From assembly GCA_021432655.1 (NCBI GenBank), contig MU271478.1, positions 1-56,917 on the forward strand: DNA of 56,917 bases, written 5' to 3'. Position 1 is the first letter of the stretch. The number at the start of each line of letters is the position of its first letter. This document shows positions 26,617-39,581 of the stretch, piece after piece. Below the pieces are notes generated by a model, which made no database searches, had not been told where the DNA came from, and saw only the letters and a list, made by a program, of their open reading frames with translations. The DNA comes from Atractiella rhizophila. Lineage: Eukaryota. The position numbers and the translations under genes are program-made.

Positions 26617-29600
26617 TCATGATAATGGTTCATCCAAGCCCATAAGCCTGGTCAAAGCCTCTTCAATACGCTTATTGCTCTCTTCGATAGCCTTGAGCCT
26701 CTCGTCGAATTCCCTTCTAAAGCCCGCCTCCTCTACCTCCTGCTCCTCTCTATTAGTCTCGACCATGGTCTGTCCTCTCTTGGGACGCCTCGGCTTGATC
26801 GTAGAACCACCGCCGAACGTCGAGGTACCCTCGTCGCTGTCCTTCCACCCACGCCTAAAGATCCTAGCGACAGGTAAAGGCTGACGCGGACGTTCCTTCT
26901 CTTTGTTTTTGTCAATCGCGACAATGTTGTTAACTGGAGGGATGACGAAAGAGATTGAACGTTCTGAGTCTGTTCGTCTGTTTGCCAACTTCGCTTTGTT
27001 ATAATCGAATGTCTCGGCTGGCGGTGCTGCAGCTGCGACAGCTTTGAAGATGTCTTCCCATTCATCTTGTTCCAACTCGACGTCGAAAGTAGCTTCAATG
27101 TCGCGATGCGCTGAGACGAAAGACAAAAGACCTTTCGGCATCATCCGAGCACGCTTCTTCAGTCGGCCTGCACTGTCGCTCAAGTTACGGCCGGCGTATT
27201 CTCGAAGCTTGCGATAGGCGCGAAGGCGAGATGCATAGGTAATGGTGAGGAGTAATGGAGCATTGAAAAGACGAGCGAAAAATACTAATTATCCCTGGTG
27301 TCAGGCTACATTCACGAACAGACCGAGAACGAACCTGTCACTTTGTGATACCATCGAGCATTGAACAGGTATCCAGCAGGGTAAAGAATCAAGAGCGCGA
27401 GGATGCTGTCATCCAATCAGACCTCACTTTACCGCAACGGATCAAATCTTACTTAAACGGGGGTTGGAAGAGGAAGAGAGCATCCGACTTGTTTCCCTCG
27501 AAAGTATTAACCGCTTTACGATACATATCCTAACCATCCGGATGGTCAGTTGTCTTCTACTAATGGAAGCAACGCGAACACACCTCAGCAATAGCATCCT
27601 CGTTGACCTCGGAAAAGGTATGTGACAACATCGATACGAGGATCGTGAGCACACTGTGGATTTTCATTAGCGGCAATTTGACGAAATGAAAGAGCTGATT
27701 GTAACGAACAGAGTACTGGACAAGCAAGCGTATGCAACCCAAAGAATTGGTCCTAGTATCGGATGAAAGTCGCCTACGGAAAATGAATATTAAGCTTTTC
27801 CCAAATGTCAAAGGTACTCACGTGCAACATGAATTCCCGTCCCATCCAATCCAAACCTGTGTCCAAGTCAGCTTTATTGAATTGCGGAAAGGCATAAGGA
27901 ACGCGCCATAGCCAAATCATGAGCTTTGCAATGTAAGGAAAGCTGTATTCGCCTCTCCCGAGTGCATAGAACGCGGTGGCGAAGCCAGCAAAACTATTGT
28001 CGCGGTCAGTGACTGCATCTGTTCGGAAAGCCATGAACTAGACTTACCACCAGGTAGCGAGAAACATGAGAAAAACGAAGCTTGACATAAGCGCTCTCAG
28101 ACTGAGAACGAGGACGTTATCTATCCCAATTGCCTTCATCAATGCATGCTTGAAGACACCGAAGACACGGAGGCAGACGGACCAGCGAGGCTCACGAAAG
28201 CGAATCTGGGGAAGAGGACACAAGCCGCGCTAGTCAGCACAGCGTAGGCTTGATCACGATACACTTCTTCCTGCTTCTTCAAGCCATACGCTCTTAAGCC
28301 GGCATAGAAAAGGAAAAGGGTAACGAAGACTGCGTCGAGACCATTCCACAACTGCGGTGCTCAGTCAGTATGACGAGACATAGAGGCAGGAATAATCAGA
28401 GAGGAAAGTGTGAAGACGCACGGAATGCATGTACACTGTGTACCCGTGTGCTAGGCCAGTGGCGAATTTATCGAGCGAGAAGCCGAGCGCAAAGACCATG
28501 AACCAGATCTCCCAAGGGTTCATATGGTGTTGAGTGGCATCGAAAGCTACGAAGGAACAGTATCAGCATTCCTTGTCAGTTCCGCGAAGGCGGAGCATAC
28601 TGTAGAGACAGAGGAAGTAGGATGCGAAGAGGACCAGGAAGCTAAGTTCAAATCAGATCCAGTCACTGGAAGAAGGGGGAATATGGACTGGGCGAATTCC
28701 AAGCGCGCTCGATATTTGGGAACGAGCAAACGATACTGATCGAGGACCGGACTCTTGCCGGGACGATAGAGCATGATTTCGCGGCGCTTGTAATGGTCGG
28801 GAAGGAAGTCGTAGAAAGCGGAAGGTGTGTACATAATTCGCCCATTCCACATGTCTTCGACCGTCTACCAGCAAGGCTCGTGAGCATCCATCTCTTTCAA
28901 AAGCTAACTGAGTACCTTCTGACATGCCGCGCTTCGTATAAACTGTTTAGCCTCTGAGATAATCGCCATCTGCCCGTACAATCAATACCTTTACTTTTCA
29001 CAGTGGCAGGCGTACCTCCAACGCGTTCCCTGTTGGAGTCACTGCCCTGTCCATCTCCGCAAATTTCTTCAATACCGGCTCTGGTGCTCCTTGAAAAGGC
29101 GAGAAATTGGCACATAGGACCTTCGCCAGTCGATACGTCGTCTCATCGTCGTCCGGAGGCGTAGATCTGATGTTCTTCATGCTCGACGCGACATGAAGCG
29201 GGGGAAAGGCGGAGCGAAGGATCCTTGTGGCCAGTATCTCACAAAGGTCGGCTCTTTATCCTGCTCACTCAGGTTACACTCTTTGAAGGGAACAACGGAA
29301 GCCGTACCGAGTGTGATTGACGCTGTACTGCGACGTCGTGCGCTGGTTGCTCAAGAAATGTACTCTGTTCACAAGCAAGGCATAGACGATAGCCCCATTG
29401 CCCAGTGCTAAATAGGTCTTCTCCAATGGTTCTACAAGGTCCGTAAGGACTTTCACTCCGTTGAGCTGCTTTTCGGTGAGAGGTGTATCGATGAGTGAGA
29501 CGACGTCTGCACGGATCTTGTGGATGAGTCCGAATACTTGGATGTTCCGTTGGCTGAATTCTGTAGGGCCAGGAGAGGGAGAGCTAGAGCGTGATGGCAG

Positions 29601-29699
29601 ACGCGAACGCGTTGGACTGATGTCTGGAGTGAGAAGCGGTGTGCGCTCCGAAGTTATAGGTTTTGCCGCCATGGCGACTTTTTTGGTGATGGAGGACAT
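26617..29699 (-). CDS. Fungal TRP-type (Yvc1-like) non-selective cation channel; start at 29699 or 29672
   Basis: Spliced: IDTPLT..QL, VYALLVNRVHFL, RADLCEILA, GNALEMAIISEAKQFI, WNGRIMY, LDQYRLLVPKYR, multiple TM segments, WFGLDGTG, FHPILGPILW..YACLSSTL.LTILVSMLS.TF, KSDALFLFQPPFN, and a C-terminal coiled coil RLKAIEE..KRIEEAL. Confidence 0.85.
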
Positions 29700-30416
29700 G
29701 GAAGATGAGAGAGGTGCTAATAAACGGATAAGCAACAGTTGGATCGTAGAAAGAAACATGGTGCAGGAGCGGTGGCACAATTTACAAATAGGCACGAAAA
29801 AGTGACTATTGATTGCATGTTACAAGTTAGGAGGCACAGCGAAAGCCATCTGAACCATTGTCATTGCCTCCAAACTTGGTGTGTCCCGCCTGTGACTGTG
29901 ATAACAACGAGGCAGATTTAAAAGACAATGGATACTAGAATTTTTCCACATCTCCCTGTCTATAAGGAATATAGCTGGCTCAGTGTGCACCAAAGTTGTC
30001 TGCTGCACCGCGGCATTTGATGCAACCACTCCCTTTCCTTCTCTCAGCTCTACTTTAGAAACAGTGGGTGGTGAGCAATGTTGAGGAGGATTTTCTGTCT
30101 CTTTTCCTGCAGGTATCTAGCTCTCTCGCAGGAGGTGGATATGACGGATGTGACGTCGCGTCTCGACAAATTGTCGCAGGAAAACTGAAGCTCACCTCTT
30201 CAGCGTTCTCGAGAAATTTAACACCCCTCTCTAGCTCAACACTACAGTAACGCAGTCAAATATCCCACAAAATCTTGCAAATTCCTGAGATACAAAATGA
30301 AAAAGTGGTTGTTATATACAGTGCTGCGGTCAGGTGATGCGACATGATGAGTTCCGCCACAACCAAAACCAAAACGAGCAGGTCGTTTGTACCACGTTCT
30401 AAGCGGTTAGATCAGC

Positions 30417-33400
30417 ATGCCCCATTCTTCTGTCACAGACTCTCCACGCGACCGCGACAGAGACAGGGACAGAGACCGTGATAGAGACAGAAGGAGGGGT
30501 GATCGTGAGCGGAGCAGGGAAAGGAGAGATAGGGAAAGGGACAGGGATAGGGATAGGGACAAGGATAGGGATAGGGATAGGGATAGGGATAGGGACAGAG
30601 ATAGGGATAGAGATAGGGAGAGGGAGAGGGAGAGAGACAGAGACAGGGATAGGGAAAGGGAGAGAGAGAGAGAGAGGGAGAGGGAGAGAGACAAGGAGCG
30701 GCGCAGGAGGAGCAGGAGTAGGGACCGTGGGGATCGCGATAGAGATAGGGAGAGGGACGCTAGAAGGAGGGAACGTTCGCGCGAGCGTGACAAGGAGAGG
30801 CATCGTGAACGAGACGGAGAACGCGACCGTCACCGCGAAGAGAGAGATAGGGACAGGCACGCTGATTCTCCGTACGTTCTCCCCTTTATCTGTATTTGGA
30901 TGACAAGATGACGAATGGATTTTCTTGTTCTAGGAGGAAGCGCCGTCGTTCACGCTCGCGGTCAAGATCGCCTCCTTCCAAACAGCCTCGCACTTCAGCC
31001 ACAGCAACGGCGACAGCTTCACCCAGAACACTCCCTCCCAAACCTTCAGAACAATCCAAAGAATCCAAGTCTGCACAAGACACCAAGCCATCAAATGGGT
31101 CCAAGGAAGGGACAGAGAAGGAAGATAAGGGGGTATCGGAGGAGGAGAAGGCGCGTCTGAAGCGCGAACGTTTGGAGGCTTGGAAGAGGGAGAGGGCGGC
31201 GAAGGCAGCTTCCGGAGCTGCACCGTCTGCAGCAGCAACAACACCTAACGCCTCTACGCCTGGCACTCCTGCTCCAACTACACCAAACACTTCGTCCTTG
31301 AAGAAATCCGCCGCCCTACACCCTCCCCCGCCTCCTCTTTCCACTGCAGCACAAACCGCTTTATCCACCAAACGCCTCACCTCGAGGCTGATGCCGTCAA
31401 TATTTGGGAAGGGGCCAAATGGCACTGCGAAAGCGAAGAACGGGGTTGGAGGTGTGGGAGGGAAGAAGAAGGTTGGGAATTTCGGGGAGGAGGAAGAGGA
31501 GAAGAAGATGGAAAAGATTGACTTTGGGGATATCAAGATTGAGAATGGACCGGTGGGCGAGGGAGGTGAGGGAATGGAGGATGGGGAGGAGGAGGATGAC
31601 GAGGACCTACTGGGGGATGGGAATGTGGGCAGGAGTAGGAGGCGACCTGGAGAGGACGAGGAGGAGGAGAAAGAGAAGGAACAGAAGATGGAGGTCGAGC
31701 CCACGGTTGCGGAGAAGGTAAATGATGAGGAGAAAAAGGATCCCGACGGCGACGTGAAGATGGAGTCTGTGGAAGCAGCAGCCCAAGTAGAGGAAAAGAA
31801 GGAAGCAAAGCCACTTGTTACAGTTCCCATTCCATCCATCACCGCCGCTCAACCGACTCCGCCTGTGAAGAAGAAGAAAAAGAAGGAGCCCGCTCCCTCA
31901 AAAAAGGAGAACGCGATGGACGAAGATGAGGTTGACCCTTTGGAAGCGTTCATGTCCACCGTCACTTCCGAAGTTGCAACAATTAACGCTGCGGATGCTG
32001 CTCGTCTCTCCACCACCAATGGCTCTCATCACGTACAACGATCTGTGAAGCGGGAAGAAGAAGACGCGGAAGGTGGAGGTGGAGAAGAAGAGGTAGAGGA
32101 AGTGGATGAGTTGGAGAAAGTTGGATTGGGCCCGGCGGATATCTTGGCGCTGGCGCAGAAGAAGGCGGCGAAGGGAAAGAAGGAGATCGGGGTGGTAGAT
32201 CACGCTAGTATCAAGTATGAACCGTTCAGAAAGGCGTTCTATGTACCTCCTCCTGAGGTGATGGAGATGACCGAAGAACAAGCGGACTTGTGAGTCCTGT
32301 TTTCTTCGCTTTCATTTCTGATATAGGTGAGTGATGATTATTGTTTTCGCGGATAGCATTCGAATGGAACTTGATTCCATCAAGATTCGCGGCGTCGATT
32401 GTCCCAAACCTGTTACAAAGTGGTCGTGGTGTGGTTTGCCCGTTTCATGGTACGTTTTTCCTCCACCTATTGACGGAGCTAACGCTTCATGAAAATGGAA
32501 AGCACCGACGTCATCCGTTCTCTCAACTATACCTCCCCTACTCCGATTCAAGCACAAGCTATCCCAGCCATTATGTCTGGCCGTGATGTTATAGGAGTCG
32601 CGAAGACAGGCAGTGGAAAGACGATAGCTTTTCTCCTCCCCATGTTTCGACACATCAAAGACCAGAGACCGATCGAGACTATGGAAGGACCAATTTCCAT
32701 GATCATGACGCCGACGAGGGAATTGGCGACGCAGATTTACAAGGAGTGTAAGCCATTCATGAAGGCTATGGGATTAAGGGTACGTCTTTTCCCACCTTTG
32801 CACTTTCAAGTGAGCAGCGGGCTGATGTCTTGGGTCTTGTGGCAGGCCGCCTGCGCTTACGGCGGTAGTCCCCTCAAGGATAATATCGCGGATATGAAGA
32901 GAGGAGCGGAAATCCTTGTCTGCACACCAGGGAGGATGATTGAACTCTTAACCACCAACTCAGGAAGGCTGATCAATCTGCGGAGAGTCACATATCTGGT
33001 TTTGGACGAAGCAGATAGGATGTTCGACATGGGATTTGAGCCGCAGGTTCGTCCACTCTATGCTTTCGATCCAACAACCATGCTGAAAATGGAGGTGCGG
33101 ACAGGTTATGAAGATTGTCGGCCAGATTCGACCCGATCGACAGACGGTCCTCTTCTCCGCGACTTTCCCGAAGCAGATGGAAGCTCTTGCGAGGAAAATC
33201 CTGCGTAAACCGCTTGAAATCACCGTCGGCGGCAGGTCTGTGGTAGCTGATACCATAGAGCAGATTGTCGAAGTTCGGGACGAGACGACCAAATTCAACA
33301 GACTCCTCCAGATCCTTGGCAAGACTTATAACGAGGACGAAGATGCGCGCACTCTCATCTTCGTCGATCGACAGGAATCGGCGGATAATCTCCTCAAGGA

Positions 33401-34759
33401 TTTGTTGAGGAAGAACTATGTCTGCATGTCCATTCATGGCGGCAAGGATCAAGTGGACAGAGATGCTGCCATCACCGATTTCAAATCTGGTGTCGTCCCC
33501 ATCCTTACCGCGACTTCAGTGGCAGCGAGAGGTCTGGACGTCAAGCAGCTGAAGCTCGTCATCAACTACGATTGCCCGAATCACATGGAGGACTACGTTC
33601 ATCGAGCAGGTCGAACGGGGAGGGCAGGTAATAAGGGGACATGTTATACCTTTATCACCAAAGAACAGGAGAGGTATGCGGTCGACATCATGCGAGCCAT
33701 GCAGGCGAGCGGAGCCACAGTGCCTGATGACCTGAAAGCCATGGCTGATGGTATGTCTCTCAACATGCTTTGTGAAAGCAAAACCAATGGGTGGAATAGC
33801 GTTTTTGGAGAAAGTCAAATCCGGGAAAGCTCTCGCTGCTGGTTCAGGGTTTGGAGGGAAGGGACTGGATCGACTTGACAAAGAGCGGGATGCCAAAGCT
33901 CGAGCTGAAAGGTCGGCTTACGGAGAGAATACAGAGGACGACCAGGGCAAGGAGGAGACCAAGTTTGACGTTCCGGATTTCAAGGTTGAGATCAAGAAAG
34001 GACCTGCGACCGTTGAGTCTGGCTCCGGGCTCTTCGGTTCTGGCTCTCCTTCCACTTCAACTCCCACTGCTGCGCAACAAAAGTTCGTCACCTTCTCTTC
34101 CTCCTTCAGAGCAGATCTCATCAAATCATGTAGGGCTATGACTGCCACGGAACGAGCACAAGCTGTTGCGGCGAAACTGAATGCCGCTCTCAGAGCGAAA
34201 ACGGCCGCCAAACATGCTGAGGCTGATAGTGTTCTGGGTATCGATCCAATGCGTCGACGAGATCCGGATGCTACAGATTATCACGCAATCGTGCCAATCA
34301 ACGACTATCCGCAGGTTTGTCACTTCTTTCCAATTCATCTGTGCAACACTGAAGTATCCGCTGTGACACAGAAAGCGAGATGGAAGGTTACGAACAAGGA
34401 GACGATGGTGCAGCTCATCGAAGATACAGGAGCTTCTGTTACGAATAAAGGAGTTTATTATCCTCCAGGCAAAGAACCTGCTTATGGAGAACAGCCTAAA
34501 TTACACTTACTTATCGAGTCTAATGAGGAATTTAGGGTGAGCTCTTTGTCTCACGAATTGGACAGTACTGATGGAAGCACTTGGGGTAGGTCAAGCATGC
34601 GATTTCGGAGATCAAGCGATTGCTTCTGGAAGCATCGACGGCTGCTTTCGAGGTTCGTCCCTCAATTCTTATCCGTCCAGGGCGCTCGTTGATACTCATT
34701 CTGTGCAGGCCGAATCGCGAAATCCGGGACAAGCGATGGGACGATACAGTGTCATCTAA
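30417..34759 (+). CDS. PRP5: Pre-mRNA-processing DEAD-box RNA helicase Prp5/DDX46
   Basis: RD/RE/RS N-terminus, [84 protein letters not shown]-like [14 protein letters not shown], ending GRYSVI*. Confidence 0.96.
30449..30860 (+). repeat. Coding hexamer microsatellite (GATAGG/GACAGR/GAGAGR)n encoding the PRP5 (RD)n/(RE)n tract
   Basis: Visible 6-nt periodicity; the other frames read as (IG)n, (SL)n and (IP)n. Confidence 0.9.
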
Positions 34760-35403
34760 AAGCCATTCGAGTTGCGCTCGAAAGATCAGTTTGTTCTCTC
34801 CTCTGCTCTTCCTCAAATACAGTCGTACTGCTCTGTTTTTTGGTATGCGTTATGCAAACAGTGAATGAACTATCAGCGCCGTAGCAACAAATGAAAGCAG
34901 GCATTGGCTCCTTCCTTGTACAGTTTTTTTATAGGAGATATGGAGATATCCAGGTTGGTCTTTGCTTACTACATAACAGGGTTCGCAAATGCTGCTCTTG
35001 GTCTATACCCCACAGCCTTACCCTCCGTATCTACGCACTGTGAACCCTTTCGTGGGTGAAGTCCGCACGTTGGAGCAATATGTGAGAACCTGGTATGTCC
35101 TTTGCCGCATCCTATTACGGCAGCTGCACCTGGTCTTGCCGCCTTCACAGCTTGATTCCTCTCCCGCCCAAATCACCGCTTTTACTACAGCAAAGAAATC
35201 CTCTTGGTCCCAACAAACCAACGGTACCACTGGAATCTAACTCCCCCGTGATTGTCAAGGCAATCCATCGGTGTAAATCCAAGCTGTTTTACATTGCAAA
35301 GCACTTGTAAGAGTTCACCGAAAAGCGAAGCAACGCCAGACCATCCTCTTGGTCATATCTGCACTTCATCGTATCCAAGGCAGACATATAGCCTCTTGTC
35401 GGC

Positions 35404-37164
35404 TTAGTATCTGCCTCCGTATCCTCCATATCCGTATCCATTCCCACCACTCATGCCTCCACCGCTAAAATTGAACTGACCCTGTCCACCCTGTCCGAAA
35501 GTGAACGGTTGCTGCTGCCCCTGCTGAGGCGCGTTCCAAGCCATACCTCCTGGCTGCATATGAGCATGAGAGGGATCGTAAGGGGTGTACTGTTGCACAG
35601 GGGGAGGAGAAGCCTCGTACATCCCATATGCGGATGAAGGATGAGGCTGATATTGCTGTTGCTGTTGCTGGGGAAAGGGAGGGTAGGGATTAAGATGAGG
35701 CTGATAGTCTGGATGGAACTGCGGAGTATGTGATGGGCCTGGAGGATAGGAGAGGTTGATGTCGTAGGCGGTGGATTCGCGTGAGAAGTTAGCGCGACCT
35801 CCTCCTCTCCCACCGCGACCCCGCTCATGTCCACCACGCCCGCGTCCACGACCTCGTCCTCTTCCACGAGGGGTCCACAAGGTTTCTCCTCCCCCATCTC
35901 GCTCGCGGCCACCAGCTTCAGATGTCGACGCTACTGAGCCAGCACGCTCCGCCGCAGGGGAAGAGTAATTGTCATCGTTTTCTCTTCTCCTATAAAATAG
36001 AATGGTATTGACACGCGATGGAGAGATAAGAAGTAAGAAGGACTACCCTTTCTTCCCTTTTTGAGCCTTTTTAAATTCTCTCTCCTTCTCGTCATCGCTC
36101 CACTCCTGCTCCTCAGCCTCCTCATCCCACAAATTACTTGCATCCGTCCCTTTCCCGCCTTCTCTCCTCACCACACTTTCAATCACGACCTTCGTCTTGT
36201 TGGGCGGATACCATATTTCTTTCCCCGCCCAGCCTTCCGTCCCTTCCGTGCCATCTGCGGTATCCTGAGGTTCAAGAACTTCTCGACGTAAACGGACGGT
36301 ATAGAACGGTCGCATGGTGGGTCCAAAAACCTCGAAAATATGTCCCAACGGCTTTCGCTCACGGGTACAGACAAGTGAACCCTCATCGAGCACGGTGTTC
36401 CCTGTGGAAGCGATGACGAGCACATTAGATATGATGCTTTGTACGTTCCCCAATTTCGAGATCTGCTCGTCCGGGTCGATCGTGGGAAGAGGGGGGAGGT
36501 CGTCCTCTTCAGACACCGTCACTTCGTTCTTTGTCTTCAGCGGCACCTCTGGAGTGGGAGAGCGAGAGGCGGCAGCAAGAATTGGGGGTTGAGGACGACG
36601 ACGGGTACGTGGGGATGCGGAGAGGGCGGAAGAGGACGACGAGGTTTGTGAGGATGAAGAGGACGAGGAAGAGGAGGAAGCTGAGGAATGAGAGCGAGAT
36701 CTCTTCTTCCCCTTGGTCACAGTAGACGTGGGAATCTTGTCGTCTTCCCCTTCTGACCCATCCATTTCTGTTATTTCTAACGGACGAACGACGCCACGTG
36801 CCTCCATCTCTTTCTCTATCTCTCCCAACAGTCCGCTCTTTACACGCACCTCTTGCACTGCACGCGAGATGTGCGACGGAATGGAGACCTCACCGCTTGC
36901 CGTTTGGATGACCACTTCTTTCTCTTCTGGTGGGCCAAGCTCAGAAGGGTCAAGCGAGGCCATGATATGTGATATGTCATCCGTCACTACTTCTGCGCCG
37001 TCTTCCTCTTCTAAATCATCCAGCTCATATATTTCTTCCCCTTCCACCTTGATGGGAATGTCGTCTTCGACCTTGACAGCCGAGGAGGTTGCAATGGGCA
37101 TGGCTGCATTGTCAATGAGCATTTCTGCGTCAGTTGTCTGTGAGCTGGGATGTGAGGAGGACAT
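35404..37164 (-). CDS. NAF1: H/ACA snoRNP assembly factor Naf1
   Basis: KTKNEV, LGNVQSII..VLVI, VLDEGSLVC...LGHIFEVFGP..RPFYTVR, KGTDASNLWDEE..EWSDDEKE. One intron near 35991-36045 leads to an RGG/Pro-Tyr-rich C-terminus. Confidence 0.92.
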
Positions 37165-37895
37165 GGTTGTTCAGTTCTGGTTGGCTTGGGTTGGTAGCAA
37201 AAATTTCGGGAAGCCAGATTAGGTTCGGTAGACTGACAGTAAGCAAAACATGTTACTTTATTAACGGCAACATAGGCAGTCACACAATAGTGGAGACAGG
37301 AATGGGAGACCACCGTAGAGGTATTTGTAGTAAGAATAGTTGAAAGACTGAGAGCGGTGGCGCCTGTGAAAAGAGTAAATCTAAACTCGCCTTCTTTCGC
37401 CAGCGCTTCCTTCTATCCCCCGTCTTCGCAGCACATCCTCGACTTTTCAAAACACTTCCTTCGACTCTCTGTGTTACTATCCGCTCCCCACACGATAATC
37501 CAACACCTGCTTCAATGCAGATCACTTCCCCATCCTCACGTCGAGTACCTGACTGCCGTCCACCATCACTCTCTAATACTTCCAGTAGTCTGTCTCTGCT
37601 CACTGCCGCAATGAGCGAATACTGTGTGGTTTTATGCGAGGACAAAAGGGCATAAGGACGCTTACCTGTTGCCATCGCCACTCAAGCCCATCGGGGAAAG
37701 ATTCGAGGACCTTTGCAACGGTTGAGGTCGAAAACTTCGAACAAATGATAGATGTTCCTAATACTAGAAAGTTCTGAGCTTTGACAAGCCTTCCTGGTCT
37801 TGTTCCCGCTTAATCGGCAAGATCGATCGATGCTGCAGAGTCGATCACAAAAACAACGATGCTCGTCTCCGGCAGCCTCTCAGAGTCTCACTCCC

Positions 37896-39248
37896 ATGGC
37901 CAACTCGCCCTTATTTGAAGTACGGCAGACATCCTACTCTGGGCGCGGGGCATTTGCTGCAGTCCCAATCCCAAGTGGAACCGAAATCTTAATATCTTCC
38001 TCTGTAAGCCTGTTCCCCAGCCTCCCGAGTTCATTTCGAGGAACATGCTATGGGGACAGCCAGTAGCTCACACTATTGCGGCGGAGTATAGGAAAGAGAC
38101 GTGTGCTTGGTGTTTTGCGTAAGACTGTGGGAGGGAGTGGAAGATCCGTCTGCCTGAAATGGGAGCAGTGTTCTGTTCGGATGCTTGCAGGGAAACTTGG
38201 ATTAAAGATATGGGGGAGGAGGGTCAAGAAGCGAGGAAGGAAGTACAGAAATTTCTTAATAGGTCTGTCTTCCTTCACTGTGAAGGAACCATGCCGATAA
38301 TTTTCAAGGCGACCAAAGAACGAAGAAAAGGATAATGATGAAGACGAAGACGACCCTCCCACACGTTCAGATATAGAGAATACTTGGAATGGCATCGAAT
38401 CTCAAGCGGTCTCTATTCGCCGTGCTCGCTCCTCCACTCTTTCGCCAACGCCAACAAAAGTGGACCGTCTGGCTCTACAAGGCACTTTGACGGCCTTGCC
38501 TCCTGACACATCGACTACCTTTTACCTTTTCTCCTTCCTCCACTACACCTCTTCTTCCTCGAGAGATATCTTGGAAGACCTGTGCATATCTACTAGGCCA
38601 TATCACACGAGTCAGGAATTGGTGAATACGAACAGGGCTTATTTGGCCTTGTTGGCATTATTACCAAGCCAACGAGCGGAAAGACTGACCCGAGATATGG
38701 TGGAAGATTTGATGGGGAGGAGCGCTTGCAACGTATTCGGAATCTGGAGTCCAGAAGAAGCAGGCTCCACATCAGGCAGTGAGGTGCGTTTCTTTCGCTT
38801 GGTCGACTTCCTCCTCCGTCCCAGCTTCGTTCGATTTACAAACAACTCGAATATGTTGTGCTGCCAGATCCAGGCTAAAGTAGGATGTGACTGGGATCGT
38901 AGATGCTCGGATACGGTTTGTGGCCTGATGCGGCATATTTTAATCATTCTTGCTCTCCCAACGTGAGGAAGGAGCGGAAAGGGAGAAACTGGACATTCTG
39001 GGTATCTAGGTTCGTCTGTTCGATGTTTTTCTTTCAGTTCCCGCTCGTGTTGTTTCGGTTGCTGACATTCATCGCGCAGGGATGTAGAAAAGGATGAGGA
39101 ACTCTGTATTTCCTACCTTGGAGGAGACGAGGAGACAGCGGGAGTGAAGGAAAGGGCAGTGAGGCTGCAGGAGTGGGGATTTGAGTGTCGTTGTGAGAAG
39201 TGTGTGCTGGAGAGGGGGATTTTTGAGCTACAAATGTCAGGGACGTAG
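37896..39248 (+). CDS. SET6: SET/MYND-type lysine methyltransferase (Set6-like) with an in-frame TAA at 38120-38122; possibly a pseudogene allele
   Basis: SPLFEVRQT..GRGAFA..IP.GT.I, YRKETCAWCFA*DCGREWKI..FCSDACR, CNVFGIW, GYGLWPDAAYFNHSCSPNV, V.KDEELCISYLG, WGFECRCEKC. Confidence 0.8.
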
Positions 39249-39581
39249 GTTACCGTATAAATGACAATTCTTTGCTTGCTGAAATATGCGTTGACGTTCT
39301 GGATGTAGCGAGGATCATTGTGATCTCGTGCCAATAGCTTGAAAAGGTGGCGTATAGAACCAGGGAGAGGTAATGGTTGTAAGCAAGAGTGTGATATATT
39401 GCTCTTTCTTCGTGTTGACTTGGTTGTGCAGCTCTTGAATTCATGAAGCGACAGGTCTTTTGATATCGTCTTCAATGAATATAAGAGGAGCAAACATGTT
39501 TTATGCCTATAACTTGAAAAACTGTTTTGAAACAGAACATATTGTATTGATCCAACTCTAGCATTTAAAGGGACGCGGAAT

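Noticed and set aside
30399..31842. Long antisense or alternate-frame ORFs ((SL)n, (IP)n, (IG)n and a 318-aa Ser/Phe-rich ORF)
   Set aside because: Shadows of the low-complexity PRP5 N-terminus.
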